A stretch of DNA of 57,892 nucleotides from a virus. Its lineage: Duplodnaviria; Caudoviricetes. Both the position numbers and the translations under genes were made by a program. The notes beneath the pieces were generated by a model. That model did no database searches, was not told the origin of the DNA, and worked only from the letters and a program-made list of their open reading frames with translations. The stretch is taken from the IMG/VR virus record IMGVR_UViG_3300022821_000022, positions 1 to 57,892 of that record; one strand, 5' to 3'. Within the stretch, counting starts at the first letter, position 1. Every line of letters starts with the position of its first letter. Shown in pieces: positions 1 through 8,095 of this stretch.

Positions 1-138
1 CCGCACCGTCACATAGTCCGTCGTCCCTGACGTTGAGCCAGAGGTATGAACCGTGGTGTTGAGGCTGGATATCCCGGCAACCATGATAGGCCGCCCGTTA
101 AGGCCAGCAGAAAAGGGAACTCGTACAATCGTGCTCAT
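1..138 (-). CDS. 5' part of a second allele of the 113-aa tail-region protein (partial, runs off the window)
   Basis: Reads MSTIVRVPFSAG..., versus MSTIVRIPFSAG in 57179-57520. Confidence 0.85.
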   Translation of the reverse strand, partial: MSTIVRVPFSAGLNGRPIMVAGISSLNTTVHTSGSTSGTTDYVTVR

Positions 139-609
139 TATGCACCTGCATATAGTTGGTTTCGGAGGACGGAATCACCGTGGTCAAAAGCTGGTGCCAC
201 TGTTCCGGTAAGGACCTTCTTTAGGACCCCGGCATCTGCGTCATACATCAGTAGATAATCGGCGGCTGTATCCGTTTCAGAACCGACGGTCCAGCCAGAC
301 ACCAGTAAATTTGCAAGCGTTACCTTGCGCTTTCCAGATAACCCCGCGTCATAGATTGCCACCGTGTCAGCGTCAGAAGGGGTCGTTTGTGCGGCCAGGG
401 CGTCGATATCAAACGTGGTAATCGTGCCCACGTCGATTAGAGGATTAACAATGCGCCAATGGTTGCCCGTTGAATTGTAGGCAACGTCCACAAAGGCACT
501 GAGGAGTAACTCGCCGCCGGTTAACGCAGCGCCAGCAAATGTCACGACAGCCAAAGCGCCAAGTGCGCTCGCGTTAAGTGTGGCGGCCCCCGTGTTGGTC
601 GCAACAGGT
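1..609. repeat. Left copy (allele A) of imperfect terminal repeat; homologous to 57383-57892
   Basis: 1-111 is identical to 57383-57493 and 511-609 is identical to 57794-57892; the middle is diverged and this copy is 99 bp longer. Confidence 0.95.
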
Positions 610-860
610 CTAAACCGCAAGCGGCAACCATCCGTAAGTGCGATCGTATAGGGCGCCGTGACAACGGCCGCATTAACCGCGCCGGTATCGTCGCCGCAAT
701 ACGTTGTCCTGCCCTCATAAAGGCGTGCCTTCGATGGTAGGAGGTCAAACCCCGCCGTTAGAGCCGTCGTAATAAGGTTAATATCCTCCGCCCGCGCCTG
801 GGTAAGGCGAGCAAGGGCGGTGTAATTGTCCTTGTCAAAATAGTCGTTTGTGTCGGTCAA
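138..860 (-). CDS. Tail fibre / proximal tail virion protein, allele A (240 aa)
   Basis: Follows the tail stabilisation gene; TNTGAATLN motif typical of fibre N-terminal domains; two DxxxxYDA..KK/RKV modules. Confidence 0.6.
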   Translation of the reverse strand: MTDTNDYFDKDNYTALARLTQARAEDINLITTALTAGFDLLPSKARLYEGRTTYCGDDTGAVNAAVVTAPYTIALTDGCRLRFRPVATNTGAATLNASALGALAVVTFAGAALTGGELLLSAFVDVAYNSTGNHWRIVNPLIDVGTITTFDIDALAAQTTPSDADTVAIYDAGLSGKRKVTLANLLVSGWTVGSETDTAADYLLMYDADAGVLKKVLTGTVAPAFDHGDSVLRNQLYAGA

Positions 861-2968
861 CGGTCAATCCCCCTCGGGGCGTAATAGTGCTGAATCGCAT
901 GAAGCGTATGGACGCCCTCATATGCGGACTCGGAAAGAACGGCGAGGCTGATATCTGTCCCAACGCCCTCTGTGGGGACCTCGGCCTTGCCGACAAGACG
1001 ACTGGACCAATAAAACTGGTTCCAGGCATCCTGGTTATAAATTCCACCACCGCCGTCTACATCGAAGGCTAGCTCTGGCGTGGCGTCCCGGTCAGTGTCG
1101 CCGCCGGAAAAGAGGGCAGAGGCGAATATCTGGACAGAAGGATCGGCGTCTAGCTTTAGGTGTGACTTCTTGTACTGCTTGTTCCGGTTCGGAGTGCCGT
1201 CGTTATCCCAGGTCATGCGGTGATAGGCCTGAATTACGGCGCCGTCGAAGCTGGTGCCAACGTCCATTTCGTAGACCATGCCATCATCAGAGCCGAAAAT
1301 TATCACCTCCTCTCCTGCATCGTCACCCGTGCCACATATCTCGGCACATACGCACAAAACCTCGTCGTCGAACTCAAGGGGCAAGACACAAGGCAGGCGC
1401 TCTGGGCTTGTTTTGCGGCCAAAGAACACGAACAAGGCCGACCCATCATCAAAGAATACTCTGTACTGATCGCGCCTTTTTGCAACGATAGAACAGGTAG
1501 GAAGCACCCCGGCGGCGCGTTTAGCCGCGAAAAAGGGCTCTTGCAGGAGAGACAGGGTGCCTAGATTGAAGTTGCCCATCTTGTCGCTGGAATCGCCCGA
1601 CAGCTTTCTAAGCCCGGTATCGTCCATGAATACCGGCGTAGACCCCACAAGTTGCAGGGTGTCCTCGTAGGCGCCCGCGTAGTCGTTTTCATCGTCCAGG
1701 ACGTAATCATCGGAGTCATTGCCATACAGGATCTTGAGCGTGCTGCGGCTGGTAAGAACCTGCACCGCGCCCCAGCCTGACAACATATTGGTCATTTCAC
1801 GGCCGAGGCCAATCTCGGAGGCGCCGGCAAAGGTTGTCCACTCATGGGGCGAGCCAATGTCTGAATTCTGGCGTGATCCACCGCGGAAGGCGAAAACAAG
1901 CTGCGCCTTGAACATTCCGATATGAGTCGGGCGGTCGTCCGTCATGCCCGTGTCGATCATAACGAAGTAGTTACCGTCGAATTCAAAGCCCCGGTTAACG
2001 CCATTTACGCCATAGAAGCGGATTAGATCCGAAGATCCATAGAAGTTGTGCGTATAGAAGCGGTAGTCACCGCTCGCGACGAGCGTTTGCGCTGTAGCAT
2101 CTGCCGCGATTGTCGCTATATTCGCCTGCGTCGGGGTGCTGATATTCTCGGCAGAGAAAGCACCGCTTGGGCTGTAAATAATGAGTTTCCCGGCTGCATC
2201 GCCGTCAGCCCAGGCACCCGACGTCAATATGATCCGGCGCACGGTCGCTGTTTCCGTCGATGTATCCCCGGTAATCACGTGGCCCTCGGCTATTTCAGCC
2301 GTGCCGCCGCTGGTAAAGACAAGCTGATAGCCTAAATCCACCTGAACCCAGCCAGCCGCCGAGGATTTCCACATATCAGTGGCCGTGGCGCCCGCGTTGT
2401 TGCGGAAGCAGTACCGGATACCTTTGAACTTCCAGACGCCCAGAATAGACCCAGAGCCCGTAGGAGCGGCAATAAGCGCCCTGGCCGCCTCTATGGCCGC
2501 CTGTAGGTACGTGGCGTCGAGAGTGTCATTGCTTGCCCCGCGCTTCGCCGTTGTGTCCGTGGCGACAGCTTTAGTTACGGCTGAAACCTGTATAGGGTCG
2601 TTATCCGCCCAGGTTCCCGTGACCTCACGTAAAATCATGTAGCCGACAGCATCGGTGCCAACATATGAGCCAGAGTCAATTACCGCTACGGTCGAAACAA
2701 TACCCGTGGCCCCGGAGTTTGCCCCGGTTACGGCTGTCCCAGCGGCGACCTCGACGGTCCCTGCGTCAAAGGGCAGGGTCCAATAGGACTGGTCCGACGG
2801 CTTTGGTTGCCCATCATATCGCTCATAGCCTGAGTATCGACGCGCACCGCGCATCACAGGCTCGTAATTCTTGGCACTAATAGCCCGTCCCGGCCGCATT
2901 AGATCCGGTGGTGTTACGAGATCTAACGTGCCTTCGATAGGCCGTAAACGTCCACTTCTCATCGCCAT
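857..2968 (-). CDS. Tail tubular B / P22 gp10-like head-closure (DNA stabilisation) protein, 703 aa
   Basis: Size, position after the adaptor, beta-rich C-terminus (FGSDDGMVYEMDVGTSFDG...) typical of podovirus nozzle proteins. Confidence 0.7.
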   Translation of the reverse strand: MAMRSGRLRPIEGTLDLVTPPDLMRPGRAISAKNYEPVMRGARRYSGYERYDGQPKPSDQSYWTLPFDAGTVEVAAGTAVTGANSGATGIVSTVAVIDSGSYVGTDAVGYMILREVTGTWADNDPIQVSAVTKAVATDTTAKRGASNDTLDATYLQAAIEAARALIAAPTGSGSILGVWKFKGIRYCFRNNAGATATDMWKSSAAGWVQVDLGYQLVFTSGGTAEIAEGHVITGDTSTETATVRRIILTSGAWADGDAAGKLIIYSPSGAFSAENISTPTQANIATIAADATAQTLVASGDYRFYTHNFYGSSDLIRFYGVNGVNRGFEFDGNYFVMIDTGMTDDRPTHIGMFKAQLVFAFRGGSRQNSDIGSPHEWTTFAGASEIGLGREMTNMLSGWGAVQVLTSRSTLKILYGNDSDDYVLDDENDYAGAYEDTLQLVGSTPVFMDDTGLRKLSGDSSDKMGNFNLGTLSLLQEPFFAAKRAAGVLPTCSIVAKRRDQYRVFFDDGSALFVFFGRKTSPERLPCVLPLEFDDEVLCVCAEICGTGDDAGEEVIIFGSDDGMVYEMDVGTSFDGAVIQAYHRMTWDNDGTPNRNKQYKKSHLKLDADPSVQIFASALFSGGDTDRDATPELAFDVDGGGGIYNQDAWNQFYWSSRLVGKAEVPTEGVGTDISLAVLSESAYEGVHTLHAIQHYYAPRGIDR

Positions 2969-2974
2969 AGAGGG

Positions 2975-3691
2975 TTACGCAAGAGGGCGTCCTCCTATGG
3001 ATATGGTTGGGAGTTGTCTTGCTTCGAGGCGCCCCATGACTGCGGTGAAGTGGTTTTCAGACCTGGAATAGACAAGGCTATCGGCCTCATCTTTCTCATG
3101 CAGGAGAAGCACGGCCTGATGCACGATCGCCATGTGAAACTCTGCTGGCATTTCAGGCACGTCGGTCGTGAGAGCCATGGTCTGTGGTGATTTCCAACTC
3201 TCTCCCTTTAGCGTGTAGGGGCCGTCCGGCGCCTTACCAAGGCAGAGTTGCCCATCCGGGGCCTCGCACCATTCGGTCGGCTTTCCTGATGTCTGGACGC
3301 CACGGCCGTATTTGTCTTTCCACGCCTGAAACGATATCTGCGTCATTTGAGACTCGTCGGCGCGGCCGGTGGCGGTCAGGTAGATAGAGAAGGCTTTGTA
3401 GGCATCAGCGGCACCTGTGTTGTCGTCAACAAAGGACGCTAGGCGCGTGAGGCCCAGCGCAGCGGCGTTGTATCGAGCCTCTGTGGGCGCGACGATTGCG
3501 GTTATAGGGGCAGAAAACTCGTTTCTAAGCCACCGCCAATTCTGGTGCTTGGTCTGGATTGTGTCCCAGGCAATACCGACAGCATCCACGATAAGCGCAG
3601 ATTGGCCGGAAAGGCCCGTGACCGCCCCTATTGTTGCAGAGGAGGTCCCGGACCATTTTCGCGTCTTTTCGGCAATCTCAAGGAAATTCAC
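2975..3691 (-). CDS. Head-tail adaptor (tail tubular A-like)
   Basis: MNFLEIA start, NWRWL and DVPEMPAEFHMAIV motifs typical of phage adaptor proteins; synteny. Confidence 0.7.
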   Translation of the reverse strand: MNFLEIAEKTRKWSGTSSATIGAVTGLSGQSALIVDAVGIAWDTIQTKHQNWRWLRNEFSAPITAIVAPTEARYNAAALGLTRLASFVDDNTGAADAYKAFSIYLTATGRADESQMTQISFQAWKDKYGRGVQTSGKPTEWCEAPDGQLCLGKAPDGPYTLKGESWKSPQTMALTTDVPEMPAEFHMAIVHQAVLLLHEKDEADSLVYSRSENHFTAVMGRLEARQLPTISIGGRPLA

Positions 3692-3706
3692 CCAGGACCC
3701 TCGTTG

Positions 3707-4333
3707 TTAAATGTGTGCATCTTCCCGGATTCGCCGCGAACGGTTGATCCGGCGCATCTTTGCTTCGCGCTGTTCTTGTTTGTACGGCTCTAGGTCCGCA
3801 TTCCACTTAGCGATTTCTTCCTCGCTCGGCCGTCTGAGAACCGAATAGGTGTACGCGGAAGCCTCCCGAGGCTCTGCGTTTCGGCCTAAATCATCGTCCC
3901 AGCCTTCGTGTATGGTGCTGATGGATTCTTCGAGGACCATGAAGTTACGGTATGGGATCTCAACGTCCTTGCCGCGGGGTATCCAGAAAGACACGCCATT
4001 CAGGTGGCAGGGAACATTGCTGCTTCCGCCCTTGCCCGACGAGTTATGGATGCGGATTTTCACCAGCGGGTCATGGGCACCAAACTTGAGCGGATCGACC
4101 TTGCGGGTTTTAACCGGCGGTTCCTCGTAGTGTGCTCTTTCAGCCCTGGGGCCAGCATCGCCACCGTCCGCATGTTCAGCGTCGAGCTCGATATAGTTCT
4201 CAGCCCACATGGTTTTAATCAGCTTTGTGAGCTTTGGAATCCCCGTCTTAGGGTGAGTCTTATCGACGCCCAGCTTCACCTGGACAAACCACAAGAGTTG
4301 TTCCCGTGTGGCATCTTCGATCATAACCTTCAT
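3707..4333 (-). CDS. Hypothetical head-region protein
   Basis: 208-aa ORF with RBS; LNGVSFWIPRGKDVEIP motif recalled from proteins downstream of N4-gp56-type capsid genes. Confidence 0.6.
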   Translation of the reverse strand: MKVMIEDATREQLLWFVQVKLGVDKTHPKTGIPKLTKLIKTMWAENYIELDAEHADGGDAGPRAERAHYEEPPVKTRKVDPLKFGAHDPLVKIRIHNSSGKGGSSNVPCHLNGVSFWIPRGKDVEIPYRNFMVLEESISTIHEGWDDDLGRNAEPREASAYTYSVLRRPSEEEIAKWNADLEPYKQEQREAKMRRINRSRRIREDAHI

Positions 4334-4368
4334 TGTCGTATCCTCTGGTTGTTGTTAAATAGCCGCCT

Positions 4369-4707
4369 CTAGTTAGATTTTCTTTCTGATGCGTAGAATA
4401 GGCCCGCAGTACCGCTTAGACCGATCACGCCAATACGGTCCTCATCGCCGTCTAAAACAATGTCGTAAGGCGTGTTCGCTGGAATGTAGTGGTCCGTTAC
4501 GGCCGCATTTGCGCTGCTCTCAACGGCCCGGTAGTGGGCGGGCTGTGTCGCGACAATGCGAACCATTACGTTCTTGTTGGTAAAGGTCGAAGTCATTGCA
4601 CCAACCGCGGCCGAGAACGGAACACCCGTCATGGACTGACCAGGGACGAACGGTACTTCTACCGTCCTCCCATTTGCGTCAGTCGGAAGCCTAGCTTTGT
4701 TTTTCAT
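4369..4707 (-). CDS. Small beta-rich putative virion protein
   Basis: 112-aa ORF with GGAGG RBS in the capsid operon. Confidence 0.6.
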   Translation of the reverse strand: MKNKARLPTDANGRTVEVPFVPGQSMTGVPFSAAVGAMTSTFTNKNVMVRIVATQPAHYRAVESSANAAVTDHYIPANTPYDIVLDGDEDRIGVIGLSGTAGLFYASERKSN

Positions 4708-4734
4708 CGAACGGGCCTCCTAGCCCTGCTTAAA

Positions 4735-5184
4735 TTAAGCGGACTGCTCGGGCGCTGCTCTGAAGGCAATGTAACTGTAGACCTTCGCACTGACAGAGAT
4801 TGTGTCGCCAATCGAGAAGCCGTTCGATCTCATTGTTACGCCAAGCGTTGCCTCAAGACCCATGGAGTCCGGGGTAGACGCATCGCCGCGGATATAAGCC
4901 GCTTTGGCGGCCCCAATTCCGTCATGGCCGATATAAACGGCGCTTCCGAAGTTTCTAACGAGAACGACGCAGTTGGGCGTCCATGTGCCAAGCGCGGTGC
5001 TCTGCACAATCTCGTTGAGGTTTGAGCCGTTGCCGGTGCAAGTGCCGGTTCGTACCTGCTGGTTTCCGCGGGCGGACTCAAAGAGAGCGCGGGCGACTGT
5101 CCCGGCGGCGCGGTTGTTGCCATGACCCACCTGGACGGCGAGTTGGTTGGCCTTGGTCGTCTGGGTTAATTTCGCGGCTGTCAT
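4735..5184 (-). CDS. Putative capsid decoration protein, paralog of 5271-5573
   Basis: VRTGTCTGNGSN...NGFSIG...YSYIAF aligns with the next ORF. Confidence 0.6.
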   Translation of the reverse strand: MTAAKLTQTTKANQLAVQVGHGNNRAAGTVARALFESARGNQQVRTGTCTGNGSNLNEIVQSTALGTWTPNCVVLVRNFGSAVYIGHDGIGAAKAAYIRGDASTPDSMGLEATLGVTMRSNGFSIGDTISVSAKVYSYIAFRAAPEQSA

Positions 5185-5214
5185 AGTCAGGGTATCCTTT
5201 TATTTAGGTGAAGG

Positions 5215-5245
5215 GGGGCAGGGGTACGCGTAACGTCCCTGCCCC
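5215..5245. terminator. GC-rich hairpin between the two decoration-like genes
   Basis: GGGGCAGGG (5215-5223) / CCCTGCCCC (5237-5245) inverted repeat; weak U tract. Confidence 0.45.
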
Positions 5246-5270
5246 ACCTGTAGACAAAAGCCCGTGCGCT

Positions 5271-5573
5271 CTATTCGCCGAGGGCCGTGTAGTAGTAGGT
5301 GTTGCCGCTGCGGCTCATTGACCCGCCTGCGACAAAGCCGTGCCCGTCTGGGTTTGTGGCTTGATCGGTCGTATGGAACCCAAGGGTTTCGATACGAAGG
5401 AAAGAGCCGGTGGCGCCACGGACAAGCATTGCTGCGCCCGAGGACATACCGGCTTTCCACTTGCCGATTTCCGACTCGTTGCAAGCCTCGATCGCTTGCG
5501 GGACAAAGCCGATTAGAACACTCACATTCGACCCGTTGCCGGTGTAAGTGCCTGTTTTTACGTGGATAGTCAT
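5271..5573 (-). CDS. Putative capsid decoration protein
   Basis: Directly downstream of the capsid gene; VKTGTYTGNGSN...YYYTAL. Confidence 0.6.
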   Translation of the reverse strand: MTIHVKTGTYTGNGSNVSVLIGFVPQAIEACNESEIGKWKAGMSSGAAMLVRGATGSFLRIETLGFHTTDQATNPDGHGFVAGGSMSRSGNTYYYTALGE

Positions 5574-5618
5574 AGTGTCGTTTCCTTATTTCTGTGGGGG
5601 CGGAGGTCTACTTAGACC

Positions 5619-6623
5619 CTATGAGATTGCCGTTGCGGCACACTCAGCACGCGCCATCCACGTTTCGTTCAGCCGTACAGCCGTGAAGTAGTGCAAGGCA
5701 CCTACATAGCCGCGTTGCCCCAAAGGATCAGACTTGTCGCGCTGACTGGTTGGGATCATCACGGGTTCGCAAGCCGCCTTACCCTTCAAGGGCACAACGC
5801 CATAAGCGTCCTTGCCGGTGATAAGGACCGGATACACGTCCGAGGAAGCCCCGGTAGTGGAAACGGTGTCTACGACAGCGTTATAGGTGCCACCAGCATC
5901 AGCCCACGGGTCCAGATCCGCGGAGAGGACGTAGCGCACGTTTTCACATGAGCCCACTTCTTCTTCGCAGAGGGTTTGACGCGATCCGTATTCAGCGACC
6001 GGCGTAAAACTCGGCATTTCAAGCAAATCGTGTTCCATATCAGTATGGGAAATGCCTGCGTAGGCCGCCCAGACGGCGCGTGTCTGGTAGTTCGGGCTCG
6101 CATCCTGGATGCGTGAGATCTTCTTCGCCTTTTGAGCGTTGAGGAACCGTGTGATAGCCCGCTGTTGGGTTTGGTCGATCGGCGTATTGATATCCGTCCG
6201 AGCCGCGCCATTAGCACGGTACACGTTCGTACCCGCTTTCACGACGCCCCAGGTGACGGCTTCAATGGTTTGAGCCATCTGGTCAGCAACCGCCTTGAGG
6301 CAGTCGTTAAACGCAGAGTCTTCAACCAAGTTCGTCACCCAGTCGGTGAATTCTACCAGGACGCCAAACTGCTGCATCGTTGCAGTGACATCTTCGTAGG
6401 TGAACTGTTGGGCGGTCGGTGTGACGCCTTCGGTCAGTGGCGTGGTTGCCGCTGCGAAAGGAACAAGGCGGCGGAAAGTGACGTTATCCGCTTTGTTTGC
6501 AGGAAGTGGTTTGGTCATACCAAACTTGCCGAGCACGACGGTTGCCTGAGCCCAGGCAAGCATTTCGATTTCAGCGTAGGTATTTGTCCGTTGGTCGATT
6601 ACGGCAGTTGTCGTGACAGTCAT
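5619..6623 (-). CDS. Major capsid protein, N4-gp56 family
   Basis: FRR..P....TPLTEGVTP, QFG, YPVLITGKDAYG and DKSDPLGQRGYVG motifs; 334 aa. Confidence 0.92.
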   Translation of the reverse strand: MTVTTTAVIDQRTNTYAEIEMLAWAQATVVLGKFGMTKPLPANKADNVTFRRLVPFAAATTPLTEGVTPTAQQFTYEDVTATMQQFGVLVEFTDWVTNLVEDSAFNDCLKAVADQMAQTIEAVTWGVVKAGTNVYRANGAARTDINTPIDQTQQRAITRFLNAQKAKKISRIQDASPNYQTRAVWAAYAGISHTDMEHDLLEMPSFTPVAEYGSRQTLCEEEVGSCENVRYVLSADLDPWADAGGTYNAVVDTVSTTGASSDVYPVLITGKDAYGVVPLKGKAACEPVMIPTSQRDKSDPLGQRGYVGALHYFTAVRLNETWMARAECAATAIS

Positions 6624-6653
6624 AACTAGGTCCTCGTAAAAGGCCCCGGTCCG

Positions 6654-7796
6654 TTAGCGGAGAGCTCTCTCCACTGCTTCGGCTTGCTCCCGTCTTTTCA
6701 ACCAATGAGTACGCCAATACTCTGAGTCGTCAGTATCGGCGGACGGTGTTGCGCCAGAGCCGGACGTTTCGACAGCGGCGCTAGAATCTAATTGGAGAGA
6801 TCGACGGATAGCTTCGGGGCTGGGATTGGGTGGATTAGCCGGTTCACCGGCTGGTGAATTTTTCTTAGCCGCCACTATCTCAATCCCATAACCTGTGTCT
6901 CGATCGAACTCGCGCATCACCATCGCTACGTCTTTACCGTTCGTCACAAAATCAGTATTCGCCTGGATAATCGACCTAAACTGATCTGATTGTCCGTCAG
7001 CCCATGCACCAAACTTCTCACCAAAATCAGGGGACTTAACAACTTCCGTATAGCTGGGGATCAACGCATGTAGAGTAGTATTTTCGCCCGAGAGGTATTC
7101 TCTCTCTCGTTCCAGGGATACTTCTTTTGACATCGCCGATATTGGTGCAATCCTGGCTTCTACCGTGTCGCTTTGATTCTTGAGAGCCTTGGTCAAAACA
7201 CTTTCAACCGCTCCAAGAGCGTCGGGATAGTCCTCTTTTGCAGCAATCCAGTCTGGATCTGTTGTGTAGTCATAACTTGGTACGGGTTCAGCTACCGGCG
7301 CCGGGGCGGCGGCAGGGCGTTTTTTAGCTTCTGATCGTGCCGTTCGTAGAGTAGAGATTTCTTGCCCGCGTTCCACGAAACGCTTTTGCATAGCATCAAT
7401 GGCGGCATGGGCGCTTTCGGGCCCTTCGTCACGTTGCTTTTTCAAAAGTGCGATATCGGGATCTGTGGCAGCTTTTGCCCATATATCCGGGCCATCGGCG
7501 GGCGCTTGCGCGGCCTGTGCTGGTTCTGGATATGGGTCTGATACTGGTGCTTGTGCCGGTTCCGGGTCGCCTTGAGCCGCCGGGGCGGCCTCCGCTTCCC
7601 CTTCTAGGTCGCCTGTCGGTACGTCGCCGTCTGGTTCGATCGCCCCCATACCATCACCATTCGGATCGGCATGCTTTGCGGACATTTGAGCCCAGTCGTC
7701 GTCGTATTGCTTCTGATCCACACCATCGGGTGCCGGCGCATTTGCGGCGGTATCCTCATCGGCAGGGGTCTTTGCGGTCGCAGGTTTCTTAGCCAA
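6654..7796 (-). CDS. Capsid scaffolding protein
   Basis: Acidic, Pro/Ala-rich, helical 380-aa protein between portal and capsid; TTG start with AGGAG RBS. Confidence 0.7.
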   Translation of the reverse strand: MAKKPATAKTPADEDTAANAPAPDGVDQKQYDDDWAQMSAKHADPNGDGMGAIEPDGDVPTGDLEGEAEAAPAAQGDPEPAQAPVSDPYPEPAQAAQAPADGPDIWAKAATDPDIALLKKQRDEGPESAHAAIDAMQKRFVERGQEISTLRTARSEAKKRPAAAPAPVAEPVPSYDYTTDPDWIAAKEDYPDALGAVESVLTKALKNQSDTVEARIAPISAMSKEVSLEREREYLSGENTTLHALIPSYTEVVKSPDFGEKFGAWADGQSDQFRSIIQANTDFVTNGKDVAMVMREFDRDTGYGIEIVAAKKNSPAGEPANPPNPSPEAIRRSLQLDSSAAVETSGSGATPSADTDDSEYWRTHWLKRREQAEAVERALR

Positions 7797-7864
7797 GTCT
7801 AGTCTCCTAAAGCGGCAGCATTAACTGGCGCTAATCACATGAAGGTAAGCCTTGGTCTAATATG

Positions 7865-8095
7865 TCAATGAATTTCCGACTGAGATAATCCAGGGGCAAT
7901 CTTCGGAGGGGGCTTTGTCTCTGCCATCAGAAGGGTTGTACGCATGGCTTTTATGTAACCCCGCCAGTAGCCATCGCCCTCGGGTGTCGCCCCATCCTCC
8001 AGAAATCCCCTGGCTTCTTCGATATTCGCTTTAAGTTTCGTTTCGATTGCGGCCCAAGTCGGGCTGTGCTGGTCGATCTTGAATTCATCGCTCAT
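7865..8095 (-). CDS. Small conserved portal-adjacent protein
   Basis: 76 aa, ATGA-coupled to the portal; SPTW and RGYIKAMR motifs. Confidence 0.65.
   Translation of the reverse strand: MSDEFKIDQHSPTWAAIETKLKANIEEARGFLEDGATPEGDGYWRGYIKAMRTTLLMAETKPPPKIAPGLSQSEIH

Noticed and set aside
1-609. Diversity-generating retroelement (TR/VR pair) explaining the two tail alleles
   Set aside because: Differences include a 99-bp indel and are not confined to adenines; no reverse transcriptase ORF was recognised.
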